Of a stretch of 64,000 nt of DNA, positions 10,701 through 21,002 are shown in pieces. Every line of letters begins with the position of its first letter. Within the stretch, counting starts at the first letter, position 1. Source of the stretch: a virus. A program made the translations under genes and the position numbers. The notes under the pieces were generated by a model that was not told the origin of the DNA, did no database searches, and saw only the letters and a program-made list of their open reading frames with translations. The stretch spans positions 64,001 through 128,000 of the IMG/VR virus record IMGVR_UViG_3300025120_014916. One strand, given 5' to 3'.

Positions 10701-12315
10701 CGCCTGGCTGAGAAAAAGAAAGTGCTTTATCATATACTTTGCCAGAAACACCAATCTTTTGTTCTCTTTTTATAGATGCTAATGAAACAATCCACAAATT
10801 GTCGTCAGGTATTATACCTAATTTTGGAATATTAAAAAGTCTTTCGCTATCTGTTATATTAGAACTTAAAAATCTGTGCCTTCCTTTTTTAAACTCATCT
10901 ATTATTTTACTACCAAAAAACAATGTGTGTTTATCATCAAAAGGAGCCCTATCCTTAACACGACGGTCACTTCTATCACCTGTTCTATTAATTACTGACA
11001 AACTGTTTTGCTTTTGATCTCTAATTTTTTGCATAATTTTAGGAGATAAGTTTATATAGCCGCTATCTCTTCCAAATACATTAGAGTTTTCAAGTATGCA
11101 ATTTCTTGTTGAATCGCAAACAGCGCCTACGTCCTCAGCTGATAAAGCAGAAGACCAAATTGCAATGTCGAATAGAAGACTGTTAGGAAGCTGGGTTCCT
11201 CTTACATAAATCATATTTGTTTTACTAAGGCTGGTCATTGAGCTAGCATTAGCAGGAATTGCAGTTGAAGCGAATATTAAAGGGGTAGTATAGGTATGCA
11301 TTGCTGCATAGTCTGCCGGGGTTTCTCCTTCTCCTGCTGAACCCAAAACATCACTCATGAATGCTTGATGTGTTGATACCCAAGTATTTTTATCAGCACC
11401 TGAAAAAGAACGCGAACGACTAGCGACAACGCTTGGTACATCAGACGTGTTTGTGGAATCAACGCAATTAACGTATATCTTCATTCCGGCTCTAGTTCCT
11501 GATCCGTCATATGTCACACAAATATGATTCCATTCTCCTGGTTTTAAAATATTAGCTGATGATCTAACTGACAAAGTAGAACTAGTTCCTGAATATGAAT
11601 ATGTTGTACCGGTCAAACCTGATGTGATGTTAACATCAAACAATGTAAATTCTAGTTTTCCACACTCCTTTATAAACAAACCGTATTGAAATGTTTTATG
11701 AAATATGGCAGGTGAATTAAGTCTTAAAGTGCCGCCTCTATCGTATACTCTTTGCGGATTTTGCGTCGAATCAACTGGGTGGTACCATATGCTTATGGTA
11801 AACGGTGTATCTTGTGTTGCGCCGGCGTTGGCAAAATTAATATTTGAAATATTGTCAATAAATAACTTGTCATCACCTATATTTGTAGCCAAACAATTAT
11901 TATCTTTTGATGGTGCACTTATCATTGTTGTGTTTAACCAATAACAATTATCTCCGCATAGTGACATATTTTCCATACTAAAATATGATCTTAGCTTTCT
12001 AGGAAGTAGACTAGTTAAATATGAAAATTTTGCACTGTCTGATTGTTGGAATACTTGAGTTTTTGCAATTTTTGATGTAAATAAAGAAATATCTGATGAA
12101 TTCAAACTTCTGTCGTCTGCTACCTTAATAAATGTATCATCACCTAGTGCTTGAATAGAACCGGTTTTGTCTCCGCAAAAGTTAGACCAAAATACTAAAT
12201 TTTCTTTTTGAGTATACACTTTTTCTGAATTTTGAGATATGTAATTTTGATTATGATCATAATAGTCTGTGGCTATCAATTCAGTTGTTCTAGTTTTATT
12301 ATTAAGTCTTGGCAT
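7765..12315 (-). CDS. 1516-aa virion protein with a LamG/ConA-like lectin domain
   Basis: PFTISIWYHP...LKPGEWNHICVTYDGS...MKIYVNC...FDIAIWSSALSAEDV is the LamG_3 pattern; S/T/N-rich. Confidence 0.7.
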   Translation of the reverse strand: MPRLNNKTRTTELIATDYYDHNQNYISQNSEKVYTQKENLVFWSNFCGDKTGSIQALGDDTFIKVADDRSLNSSDISLFTSKIAKTQVFQQSDSAKFSYLTSLLPRKLRSYFSMENMSLCGDNCYWLNTTMISAPSKDNNCLATNIGDDKLFIDNISNINFANAGATQDTPFTISIWYHPVDSTQNPQRVYDRGGTLRLNSPAIFHKTFQYGLFIKECGKLEFTLFDVNITSGLTGTTYSYSGTSSTLSVRSSANILKPGEWNHICVTYDGSGTRAGMKIYVNCVDSTNTSDVPSVVASRSRSFSGADKNTWVSTHQAFMSDVLGSAGEGETPADYAAMHTYTTPLIFASTAIPANASSMTSLSKTNMIYVRGTQLPNSLLFDIAIWSSALSAEDVGAVCDSTRNCILENSNVFGRDSGYINLSPKIMQKIRDQKQNSLSVINRTGDRSDRRVKDRAPFDDKHTLFFGSKIIDEFKKGRHRFLSSNITDSERLFNIPKLGIIPDDNLWIVSLASIKREQKIGVSGKVYDKALSFSQPGESWIQTKDYVNNAIIYYDLILGPYNQKSGHLNLSKPLTSPGSSLFVEIQTLPGAPWKVIKTHTATDETSLEEFYSPQYSNGIILTPKQHQFRRSFTIHFKDIDKSGMVFSRNPYRIRFRSLDTCWGIGRIEILSANQEIRYPILIDHESFAGKYIDQNFIATPHTRSDITTTARTVSGISDASLYFTDENQKITAFKDNVMLPFTGRSFFDEGVDSNIIDGFTSPLKDKTSFTIDLNSNFEQVIGITENYSNNLNSTSGNSVYTAVNDPNIAQNINVYWDETQKKFSPSVFPWRAVTYQNAGDFELFLNKNGQAFTTIDTVASASTSQTNLKNRSREALSSFAQPTTSFGFPADSRFWGNHDVGISLKNYISKPFLLEKVVLEFDSKFEFANSVNTGSRDAYKLSYSYNNTSENKPSKKMSDSSLVMIPSFSLLRLNKNSGKLYSQNFKIEKNDGTLERRDILDSTSDNIFGYPRHTAELITYGQMTLYATSSNSKIDVEKLLNDGLSRDRTHEISNISSQPLNWADVGLNPITGSFTIEAPVRNMPIVSETQRIYLKGVDTGELFAVYSGNPTGGRGFTLSDKLETNQSVTTFTKTARGIINNNYSIDKSNVKEYDINAFYSDKLPYKIKTSGNIQGSNINISPYILLPEDKVTLTFHYPLPLGGIEGVPGNTDTSFNKMTIGKNLKLHLYGSLVKENKEYHENMNQSLTSVQINEPIGSEAVVDKFNISTKDEYFGSYLDKIPMNASFARPESLGGGSYSDRIVYSFENRNDGAGIKRIFGKNTPTPADRIGYLQGSKVHHYHTYQVASSSFSSLNVPHGFTGSYISSINQSFAGTYSETNFLNNPDGSKHVGRQTFVFPFTSHFNKSRRYFDEGELQTPDTLSVLGKNQQIISREKYIFSHDHFGHYSDLLEVSRDSKFKSGFFKNSPIIAQFVTGAINLDNNTLEYHTIINQNATNSYNTTTNGEITASYRDGY

Positions 12316-12319
12316 TATT

Positions 12320-13501
12320 TTATTCCCTTAAAAGGCCGGCAAAAGCTATTGAGTCTGTGCCCAGGATGGTCTGTATTACATTTTCATACTTAGGTCTTAG
12401 TATACTACCGTTACCACTACTTTTAAACCTCGTACCTACGTCCGAAACGTCTCTTGTTGATTCACTGCTTAATATTGCATTTTGCAATTTTTCGTTTTTT
12501 ATACTAGTATATCTCGCTTCGTAAGCCCTGTCTTTTGCTATCTTGTCAATGTAAGGTGGACTCATATACTTTCCAGTAGACACATAGCCATCCAAACTAT
12601 ACTGATATCCTGACGTTGTGGTGTTTCCTAGCTTAGTATACGTAAATTTACTGTCTGCAAATACCAAATCTTGACAATCTTCAAAAAAATCATACTTGTA
12701 AGATTCAAAATCAGTTTTATTCTGTATTTGGCTGGTTCCTTTTCTCAACTCAGTTGTACTGCCGGCCGGTAAATCCCACGGTCCAGAACAAAAAGATGCT
12801 CTGATTCCTCTTACTTGAATATCAGCTGCAGATGTATTTGCTTTTTTACTTCTAACTTCAAGTACGTCAATGGCACCGTCATAAATGGCTTCTTCAGGTT
12901 CAGTATAATGCAAATAATCTTCAACGTTGTTATTGATGATCATATAAGCTCTATAGTATTTTCCTCTTCTAATATATTCCACTGGGTCCAGGCGTCCCGG
13001 ATAATCATAAAAAGGATTAAACTTTTTTTCTATTCCGTCATTTATAACATTAAAATTATAAGAGTACAATTGACCAAATGTTGTTTCTTCATATGTATTA
13101 ACAACATTACCAAATTCATCAACAACCTCGGGTGAGTTAATTGTTAAATGTGGTAGCATGGAACAAACTTTATCGTTTAAGTGATTGACATTGTGACCTT
13201 GTTTAAAGTCTGAAAGACTGTGCGAAGAAACAGAGTCTCCTAAAATCGACACCCTACCTATTCTTTTAACACCTAAGGTATCATCCTCAATTACTACTTT
13301 GACTTCAGACTGTTTTCTTTCAACAGTTATCTGGCCTATTCTAACTGTGGCAGCTGTGGAAACTGACTGTGCTGCTTCGTCGACATTCTTTAATGTATCT
13401 GAAGGAAGCCCAGCAGCTTTGTCAGAAAAAAATGTTGTCATGTGCTTTCTTAATCTATTATTAAGTCTGGCCTTGACTATGTGTGATGTAACTGATGCCA
13501 T
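12320..13501 (-). CDS. Hypothetical structural-module protein (393 aa)
   Basis: Long ORF abutting its neighbours; C-terminus ...GTDSIAFAGLLRE; no family recognised. Confidence 0.55.
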   Translation of the reverse strand: MASVTSHIVKARLNNRLRKHMTTFFSDKAAGLPSDTLKNVDEAAQSVSTAATVRIGQITVERKQSEVKVVIEDDTLGVKRIGRVSILGDSVSSHSLSDFKQGHNVNHLNDKVCSMLPHLTINSPEVVDEFGNVVNTYEETTFGQLYSYNFNVINDGIEKKFNPFYDYPGRLDPVEYIRRGKYYRAYMIINNNVEDYLHYTEPEEAIYDGAIDVLEVRSKKANTSAADIQVRGIRASFCSGPWDLPAGSTTELRKGTSQIQNKTDFESYKYDFFEDCQDLVFADSKFTYTKLGNTTTSGYQYSLDGYVSTGKYMSPPYIDKIAKDRAYEARYTSIKNEKLQNAILSSESTRDVSDVGTRFKSSGNGSILRPKYENVIQTILGTDSIAFAGLLRE

Positions 13502-13511
13502 AATAATTCTC

Positions 13512-16500
13512 TTAAAATTTACAAATTTTGGTAGTTAGTTGTGATAAAAGTAGTGTTCCACGGTTCGGATCTCTAGGTAGTGATTTTAAATAAATCTCAT
13601 CAAAAAGATATTTAAATCTATTTCTTTCTAAAACATGCGATTCATATACAAAATTAATACCCATAAATGTTGTTGTTCTAGGTATGAGAGAATAAACTAA
13701 GTCTGTATAAGAATTATCAATCCATTTAAAAATATTTCTATATCTTCCCAAATCTAGATCTTCTATGACATTATGAAAGTAAACATTACTAAAAGACCTG
13801 ATGTCACGATATTCCTCTGCGAACAATGAATTTGGTTGACCTAATGCATTTTCAATGGGCTGAAAGTCTGGAAATATCGTCATAATATTTTCATTAAGCC
13901 CTTTCATAACTGACATGTCTATTGAAAACCTAGTATCGTCTACAGTTTCTTCAAGTAGAGGTGTTTCATAAACAGGTGAAATTAAAGCAAACTTATTATC
14001 TTTTAAAAAGCTAGAATTCTGTAGAGATCTTATACGGATTTTTTCTTTTGTGCTGTTTAAGTCAAAATTTTCAGATAGTATTTCGTATATGTGATGATTT
14101 GGTGTCATAACAATTTTTAGCGGTTCAAAATTTTCCCCTTGCAAATGCAAGTTATTTTGTGAAAAGTCAAAAAATTTAATTTTTCCATCTACTTTTGAGC
14201 TAGTTGTTGCTTGTTTTCCGTAGGTTTGAAGTCTCAATCTTTCAAAGCTACCGGTCTCACTTAAAGAAAAGTTATAATTAATTTCAGGATTGTTTGTGCC
14301 AACTGAGTTTGGATTTTTTGCATAACTTAAAAATTCATTTTCTTTTTTAAATGATGACCAAAAATTTAAATAAGATACTTCACCAGAAAATATTGTTGAC
14401 TTATATTTTTCGTCACTACTTTTATTGATAAACTTTGCTGATGATTCTATACTTTGTGAACCTATTATTAAAAAAGACCCAGAAGAATTATACTGTGGTG
14501 ACCAATTGGTGACAACTGAATCGCTTTTTTTAGATATGAAAGAAGAAGTATAATGATACTCTTGCTGCTTACCACCTAAATATTTTGCTGCTCTTAAGAA
14601 ATATTCGTCACTATAAGTATTACTTGAATTAATTCCATTGTTTTTCGAAAAGTTAATTGACCATATGTCGCCGTCTAAAATATTAACATTTTTTATTTCA
14701 ATTGAATTAATTAAATTGTTAGAAACTCCGTCGCTTATATGCGCGTTTATTGCTGTGTCGGTTGCAACAAGATTAATTACTGTACCTTCTTTATTTGTGC
14801 TAGCATCTGATCCCGTTACATTCACCCTAAACAAGCTTTGTGTTGACGGGTGATTTAATCTCTTGTCAAAGGTATAATAACCTTGTATCGTAAAAGAAGA
14901 CGTTGTGAAAAGGCCATCAGATTTATCGTTACTTTGACCGTTTACGTATGAACCTTTTATTATGGGTATACCCATTTCGCTTCTAGTGCCGGACAAATAA
15001 GGAGATTTTAAAGATGGGGTAGATGAGCTTCGACCCTCATTGTTTAAAGCAGTAATATTTAAATTAGAAATACTTCCTGAAAAATTTAAAAAATTAATAA
15101 TATCTTTTTTTAACTCTACAGATGTTGACAAGTCTTTGGTTTTTGAGCCGCCATATTCACGAAAATTAAATATATTTTCAGCTTCAATACCTGAAGAACG
15201 AAATATAGACCTAATTGCGTCCATATGTCCTTTTGTTTGCTTGATATTTGCAATATCTGATAGTATTCTGCGCCATATTAGGTTTTGTAACTCTTGAAGG
15301 CCTCTTACAGCTAGTTCAGGATTGCTTTTGATGTCGTAACCAGATATTAACTGGTCTACATTTGCATTTGAAAAAAGGCTTGGCAGGTTGAGCCCTAAGT
15401 GAGTACCTAGCCTACTAAGAAACTTATTTGAAACTGTTTCGTATTCATCGTATTCTACAAAATTAATTTTTGAAAAATGATCTAGATATATCTTGATCTC
15501 ATCGAATATTTTTGCCCAACTTAAAAGAAGTTTAACTAATAGTTGAATTGATGTTCTTGTATTTTGCGTTGACTGAATTGATGACTTTTCGCTTAGCGCG
15601 TTTTCTAAATTGCCGAGTGTTTTTTGAAGATTATCTTGCTCATTTCCTAGTTCTAAGTAGTGGGGTGGCACCAATTTTGTAATTAAGTTTGGATTTACAT
15701 TATCATATTCAACTGCTTCATCTAACAAACTTGTGTTTAATGCTACGACCGGTGCATAGCCCGGAAACAATACGGGTGAATCTGACATTTTTTCCAGTTT
15801 AACAGGCTGTGTTGTGTGACTACCTGTATTTCTTGTATACGCTGCGAGATAATTTTTTATTGTTGAATTTAGACTATTTCCTGACGCGTCTAATACAATG
15901 TTGTTGCCGGCATACACACCAAAAGGTTCATTAAACTTATAATACAGTGCTAGATTGTCATGACCTGACACAGATCGATACATATATTTTTTAATTTCTT
16001 TTTTAGATATTGCCCTATGAAATATTCTTAATTCATCGATCGATCCTGTCAAAGTTTCTTCAAGGGTAAATATACTCTTGTCATCTCTTACATTGAACCC
16101 TCTACCTATTGACATGTCACCTGTTGGAGATATGCTATTAAAATATACTTTGTTACTAGAGGTTGCATATGTATGATCCTGTATACTGTCAGACATAAGC
16201 ATTAAAGAGCTGAACTGGTTGCAATCATGGTATTCAGCTGTAACATGAACAAATTCACCCTTAGGTAGTGTTGCTGATGCTTTAATTGATCTAGATCCTG
16301 AATTAATTAAAAAATCAATTTTGCAATTATTAACATCACTTGATGCGCTTAGGTATACACCAAAATTATAAGCAAGTGATTGATGTTTTTGAATGATCGC
16401 CTGATTGTCATTTGATTGTTTTGGTAAGTTTATAAAAAATTGTACATTTAAAGGTAATGAACCCGGGTTTATTTTGCTTTCTGCCTTTTTGTTTTTAGAT

Positions 16501-16994
16501 ATATCTTTATATTCAATACCTGAAAAGTCTTTAACGTCGATGTAAGTTCCGTTTAGTTGACTTTCTCCCTTTTTTGTTCCTGATAAAATTAAATAGCCTA
16601 GGTTTCTAGGATATATGTCATAAACATGTTTTTCATAGCCAGTTAGGCTATCTTCAAAAGATTCGATATCTTTATTTGTTCCTTCGTACGGAAACTTATT
16701 TAGTATTAAGTCAAAAGATTCATTAACTTTTGCAACAGCTGAATGGAAGAATGTATGATTAATAAAGTTGCTGTAATCAGTATTTATTTCTTGTGTGGAC
16801 ACTACGGCTTCTTTATCACCGTATCTGTAAGAAGCTGTACTAAAAATATTTGTATTTTTAAAAGATTCAAAAGAAATATTTTTATCTTGAGCTCGATTAA
16901 GATAATCAGATGATTGCCTGGTACTTTTTCTCATTTTAGGTTTAAATAACTTACTAGGTTGTCGCTGCCTAGATATTGTTTTTCTTTTTGACAT
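13512..16994 (-). CDS. Baseplate-associated protein with LamG-like domains (positionally gp7-like)
   Basis: LTGSIDELRIFHRAISKKEIKKY...LALYYKFNE LamG C-terminal pattern; a second degenerate copy near FSGEVSYLNFWSS; follows gp25/gp6-like genes. Confidence 0.65.
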   Translation of the reverse strand: MSKRKTISRQRQPSKLFKPKMRKSTRQSSDYLNRAQDKNISFESFKNTNIFSTASYRYGDKEAVVSTQEINTDYSNFINHTFFHSAVAKVNESFDLILNKFPYEGTNKDIESFEDSLTGYEKHVYDIYPRNLGYLILSGTKKGESQLNGTYIDVKDFSGIEYKDISKNKKAESKINPGSLPLNVQFFINLPKQSNDNQAIIQKHQSLAYNFGVYLSASSDVNNCKIDFLINSGSRSIKASATLPKGEFVHVTAEYHDCNQFSSLMLMSDSIQDHTYATSSNKVYFNSISPTGDMSIGRGFNVRDDKSIFTLEETLTGSIDELRIFHRAISKKEIKKYMYRSVSGHDNLALYYKFNEPFGVYAGNNIVLDASGNSLNSTIKNYLAAYTRNTGSHTTQPVKLEKMSDSPVLFPGYAPVVALNTSLLDEAVEYDNVNPNLITKLVPPHYLELGNEQDNLQKTLGNLENALSEKSSIQSTQNTRTSIQLLVKLLLSWAKIFDEIKIYLDHFSKINFVEYDEYETVSNKFLSRLGTHLGLNLPSLFSNANVDQLISGYDIKSNPELAVRGLQELQNLIWRRILSDIANIKQTKGHMDAIRSIFRSSGIEAENIFNFREYGGSKTKDLSTSVELKKDIINFLNFSGSISNLNITALNNEGRSSSTPSLKSPYLSGTRSEMGIPIIKGSYVNGQSNDKSDGLFTTSSFTIQGYYTFDKRLNHPSTQSLFRVNVTGSDASTNKEGTVINLVATDTAINAHISDGVSNNLINSIEIKNVNILDGDIWSINFSKNNGINSSNTYSDEYFLRAAKYLGGKQQEYHYTSSFISKKSDSVVTNWSPQYNSSGSFLIIGSQSIESSAKFINKSSDEKYKSTIFSGEVSYLNFWSSFKKENEFLSYAKNPNSVGTNNPEINYNFSLSETGSFERLRLQTYGKQATTSSKVDGKIKFFDFSQNNLHLQGENFEPLKIVMTPNHHIYEILSENFDLNSTKEKIRIRSLQNSSFLKDNKFALISPVYETPLLEETVDDTRFSIDMSVMKGLNENIMTIFPDFQPIENALGQPNSLFAEEYRDIRSFSNVYFHNVIEDLDLGRYRNIFKWIDNSYTDLVYSLIPRTTTFMGINFVYESHVLERNRFKYLFDEIYLKSLPRDPNRGTLLLSQLTTKICKF

Positions 16995-17002
16995 TTTTAC
17001 AC

Positions 17003-18517
17003 CTACTCAACTATGAACTTTGAAGCAGCGTCTGTTATATAAGTATTTATGCTGCCTTGTTTGACTAAATATTCAAAAACATATGATCTACCTCGAGGCA
17101 AACTTGACATGTAAAAGTCATAATACATACCATCAGAATCTGTAGATAATTTTGTTGAATTGTTTTTTATATCAAAAGGTATAAGCATCTTACCGTTGAT
17201 AGCGTCTCTTACTGAATAGTGTACGTTTTCAAATATCTCGCTTGGCTTATCTATAGGGCCTTTTGTAAAAACAACTTCTCGGTCTGCGTTTTCAATAAAC
17301 AAGCGTATCCTTACATAGTCTGTTTCTTTATATCTGTCATTTAAATTTAATGTGGTTGCCAAAAGCCTTCTTTCTCTATACTTTAAACTAGTCCTTAAGT
17401 TCTTTTTTACTTTTAAAGATGAAGACAAGTATGTAATTGTTTCATCATTAGAAGACCAAATTGCATCAAACTCTAATTCTTTTTTTGTCTTAAGCGCTGT
17501 GTTTAAGCCGGTATCGTAACTTGAAAGAGCAAAAGAAGCAGAGTATAATCCAACTATTCTATTTTCGCTTCTAATGGCTTGTGACACATTGAAGTTTTTA
17601 GAAAAAGATCCGGATCGGATTTTTAGTATCATCGCCCCTGTTGGCGCGATATCTGTATTATCAGAATTTTTAATATTGCTGGGTGCAGATCTAGAAAAGT
17701 TATTTAGATACAATGAACCTGAATAATCAAAAACATAATTTCCATGATTATCAGTAATACTGTCATTATATTTAATAACTAACTTTGGCCTCAATGCAGA
17801 ATTTGCTGTATTTCTTGATGCAAACCTTTTAACAAAGTAAGAGCGATCATCTTTTTCATATGATCCGGATAGCGCAACAAGTAGACCATTATTTGTTATT
17901 AAGTTCTTAACTGACGCTGACACAAAACTGGTCACATCAATATTTAAGTTTTCCTCTCCTGTTGAAAAGAATTGTTCAGAGCAAAGAGGGATTGCAGAAG
18001 CCTGCCCTGCCAGTGTTCCACTTACTATGACGTCAATATTTGATTCTCCTAAGCTTCCTGATTTACTTGCCCCGGGTAATTGCCACGCTGTCAATACACC
18101 GTTTTTATACGATGCAGTTATCCAGTTTGTTGCTCCTAAATCTTTGTATTCAGTTATATCGTAACCTGAACCCTCATCAAAGTCTTTTGCTAAAGGAAAG
18201 ACTATTACATTGAAGTTTGAAGGTGTGGTTTGGCCGCCGTATACATCGTGTAGAACTAAGCTTGCTTTAAAACTAGCATCGCCTACATTTATAGATCCGT
18301 TATTGTGCATATCTTTGATGTCGCTTAAACCAAACTTTAAAAGAAGTCTAGAGTTTTCAATTGGCTTGGTTTCTCCGGAGATCGATGATTCATTATATAA
18401 CTTAAACAAGTCAAGAGTTCCCGCCTGGCCTACATTCGCATCAGTTGCTCTGAATCTGTTGTTTATTATTTTATTGGTAATGTAGCCGTCTTTACTAGCT
18501 GATAAAACTCTTTGCAT
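17003..18517 (-). CDS. Baseplate-associated protein, DNRLRE-like N-terminal domain
   Basis: SASKDGYI...NVG...SRLLLKF...W..A..W..PG...RPKLVIKY is a DNRLRE-like pattern; translationally coupled to the gp6-like gene. Confidence 0.5.
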   Translation of the reverse strand: MQRVLSASKDGYITNKIINNRFRATDANVGQAGTLDLFKLYNESSISGETKPIENSRLLLKFGLSDIKDMHNNGSINVGDASFKASLVLHDVYGGQTTPSNFNVIVFPLAKDFDEGSGYDITEYKDLGATNWITASYKNGVLTAWQLPGASKSGSLGESNIDVIVSGTLAGQASAIPLCSEQFFSTGEENLNIDVTSFVSASVKNLITNNGLLVALSGSYEKDDRSYFVKRFASRNTANSALRPKLVIKYNDSITDNHGNYVFDYSGSLYLNNFSRSAPSNIKNSDNTDIAPTGAMILKIRSGSFSKNFNVSQAIRSENRIVGLYSASFALSSYDTGLNTALKTKKELEFDAIWSSNDETITYLSSSLKVKKNLRTSLKYRERRLLATTLNLNDRYKETDYVRIRLFIENADREVVFTKGPIDKPSEIFENVHYSVRDAINGKMLIPFDIKNNSTKLSTDSDGMYYDFYMSSLPRGRSYVFEYLVKQGSINTYITDAASKFIVE

Positions 18518-20364
18518 TAGTTAATCCTTCCAATTATGTCATCATTGGGATGTCTAAACTCAAATATTCCGCCTCGCGGCGGGAAAAGCATGCCTCTGTC
18601 TAGATTTCTTGCGGGGCTATAAGTTTCAGGTGAGTATTGCCTATTTTCAAAAGTTCCGAACCTGTTTAAAAATCTTAAGCTTCCTATTGACAATACGCCT
18701 CGCGTATTTAAAATCATGTTTTCTATATCACCTGTTATGATCGGTTGATCGATTTGAAAATTTTCAATTTTAAAATAGCTTTTAAGGCTACTATTAATTG
18801 ACTGAATTACTACTTCTGGATTTGATTTAACATCAATGTTTACAGAATATTTTAACGAAAGATTAATTACTTGTGCGTCTAATACATCAACAGCATCTGA
18901 TATTAGTCTATACTGACTTAAGTAAAGTCCTAGATTTTCTTTTAACACATCCGGAGATAGGATTAATTTTCCAGAACTATCTCTTGAAATAATGTGCAGC
19001 TGCGCGGAAAGAGGATTTGACGGATTATCTCTAACAGATACTCTAAAAACTCTTCCAAAGTTAGAAGGCATACTGTAAACTCTTGCAATTAAGTCTTCTC
19101 TAGTAACAACACGTCCTTGTGACGTCTTTGCAAAAAGTGCTGTCGTTCTTAATTCTTCCAGAGAAGGTTCGTTTTCACCGCCGGCTGCCGGCAGTCTGTT
19201 AGTAACAGACAGTGTGCTTCTAATTTCTGAAACTTGACTACTAGGTACGCTTGAATTAAATTTTGTCAATAATTTTTTAACGCCTTGTATTTCTCCAGCA
19301 GAAACATTATTGTCTAATCCGCCGCCATGGCGGTAAACTATTGTCAAGACAGTATTTTTAGGGCTAACGCCTAGTGTACTTGTTCCTAATAGAGCATTTG
19401 GATCAATTGCTATTTTTGAAAACGTTTTTCTATCACCAAATAATTTGATTGCATGATCTGATGGATCTGGTATAATGTCTTCATCAAATTTTTCTTCATT
19501 ACCTGAACCAAACCTAAGAGTTGTCACCCCGGATGTCCTGGATCTAAACTTTATAAATCTTTTAGGCGCAGGAATTACGCGTATTCTTTGTTGAACTAGT
19601 TCTGGATTGTTTCTTGTATTTTCCATTCTTTCGTATACAGTATCTTGGGTTAGAGACTCAACTTCATAATAGTCATCTTCTGAGGCATCTTTGACAGAAA
19701 TAATTTCAGTAACATTTGTTTTTTCTAAATTAACTTTTCTAAATGGCACAAAAGTATCAGGTATTGACAATTGCTGTGTGTATGTTTTCGCACTCGTGCA
19801 AACACCAGGTAGTGTCATAGTTACTTCTGTAACTTCATTCTGACTGTTTGTGGTAAATATTTCAATGTCTGCAACATAATTTCCTAACTCATCTTTTTTT
19901 GCAAAGTCAATTGTATCTAAAAGCGTAAATGTTGTTCCGCCCTGACTAGTAAACATTGATTCGTTTAAGACTTTTGGTATAAAGATAGAATCAGGAATGT
20001 AATCAGCGCCTGACAGTTTTGCTGGGACTTTTATTCTTACTAATAATTCTACAATTGAAGGTGATGGACCGGATATTTCTATTCCTGTCTGTCTTATATG
20101 CTGTTCAATATTTGCTTGTTCAACAGCAGTTTCTAGGGATAGTTCATTAAATTGATGATCCATATAAAATGACATACTATCACCAACATAAGCTGCTATG
20201 TCTATGAGCATTCCTGCAAGAGATCCTTCTGAAAGATCGACAATTTTATCACCGTAGTGTTGTCTAGAGAAAGATTCTAATTGACTTCTAAAAGATTGAA
20301 AGTCTTTTTGAAGATATGAAACCTCTTTGTGTTTTTTTACTTCTTTTTTAATATTTCTTGCCAT
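18517..20364 (-). CDS. Baseplate wedge protein, T4 gp6-like / baseplate J family
   Basis: YLQKDFQSFRSQL...EGSLAGMLIDIAAYVGDSMSFYMD...E.SLETA; AAGGENEPSLEELR; QGRVVTREDL. Confidence 0.88.
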   Translation of the reverse strand: MARNIKKEVKKHKEVSYLQKDFQSFRSQLESFSRQHYGDKIVDLSEGSLAGMLIDIAAYVGDSMSFYMDHQFNELSLETAVEQANIEQHIRQTGIEISGPSPSIVELLVRIKVPAKLSGADYIPDSIFIPKVLNESMFTSQGGTTFTLLDTIDFAKKDELGNYVADIEIFTTNSQNEVTEVTMTLPGVCTSAKTYTQQLSIPDTFVPFRKVNLEKTNVTEIISVKDASEDDYYEVESLTQDTVYERMENTRNNPELVQQRIRVIPAPKRFIKFRSRTSGVTTLRFGSGNEEKFDEDIIPDPSDHAIKLFGDRKTFSKIAIDPNALLGTSTLGVSPKNTVLTIVYRHGGGLDNNVSAGEIQGVKKLLTKFNSSVPSSQVSEIRSTLSVTNRLPAAGGENEPSLEELRTTALFAKTSQGRVVTREDLIARVYSMPSNFGRVFRVSVRDNPSNPLSAQLHIISRDSSGKLILSPDVLKENLGLYLSQYRLISDAVDVLDAQVINLSLKYSVNIDVKSNPEVVIQSINSSLKSYFKIENFQIDQPIITGDIENMILNTRGVLSIGSLRFLNRFGTFENRQYSPETYSPARNLDRGMLFPPRGGIFEFRHPNDDIIGRIN

Positions 20365-20380
20365 ATAAGCCCTCTTTGAT

Positions 20381-20929
20381 TTATCCTGCGACAGTAAGTG
20401 TTACTTCTATAGCTTGATTTACTGTTTGTAACCTAGGTATGTTATACTTTACAAAAACAACAATTCCAAATAATCCGGCTGAGTTTCCTGCATGCTGATA
20501 GTCGTTATAAGTATTTGTTGATTTAACATCTTTGCTATTCGAATCTAGCCCTAATGAATTTATTTCGATATTTGTAATTTCTACAATTGGTATGTATTTG
20601 TTTGCTGTGACAGTGATTCTTCTAATCACTTCGGATTCAATCGACTCTAGGCTAGACGCATCGTATAACAAACCTTTAAGATTTGCACCTAGACCGGCAT
20701 TACATAGACGTTCTCCGAAATTTGTAAGCAAAAGATTTCTAAAATTGTCTTTAATCTGTGCTGCAGCATCAAAGTGCATTTTGTACATATCTTCGCCTGT
20801 TACCCCTTTGCCGAACTCTAGAGGGGTTTTTATTCCGATCGGTGGGTTAATGACAACGATGTTTTCTGTTAGTTCCCTAGCAGTTACTAACTTTCCTGAA
20901 CTTTTAAAACTAAATTTCTTTCTGGCCAT
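20381..20929 (-). CDS. Baseplate wedge subunit, T4 gp25/GPW-like
   Basis: QIKDNFRNLLLTNFGERLCNAGLGANLKGLLYD is the gp25 family signature; adjacent to the gp6-like gene. Confidence 0.9.
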   Translation of the reverse strand: MARKKFSFKSSGKLVTARELTENIVVINPPIGIKTPLEFGKGVTGEDMYKMHFDAAAQIKDNFRNLLLTNFGERLCNAGLGANLKGLLYDASSLESIESEVIRRITVTANKYIPIVEITNIEINSLGLDSNSKDVKSTNTYNDYQHAGNSAGLFGIVVFVKYNIPRLQTVNQAIEVTLTVAG

Positions 20930-21002
20930 GACATTCCTTGTTATACATTAGATATATATTCTTTTGTTTAAATTTGTTGTCATGTTAATTTAAAAGTTTA
21001 TT

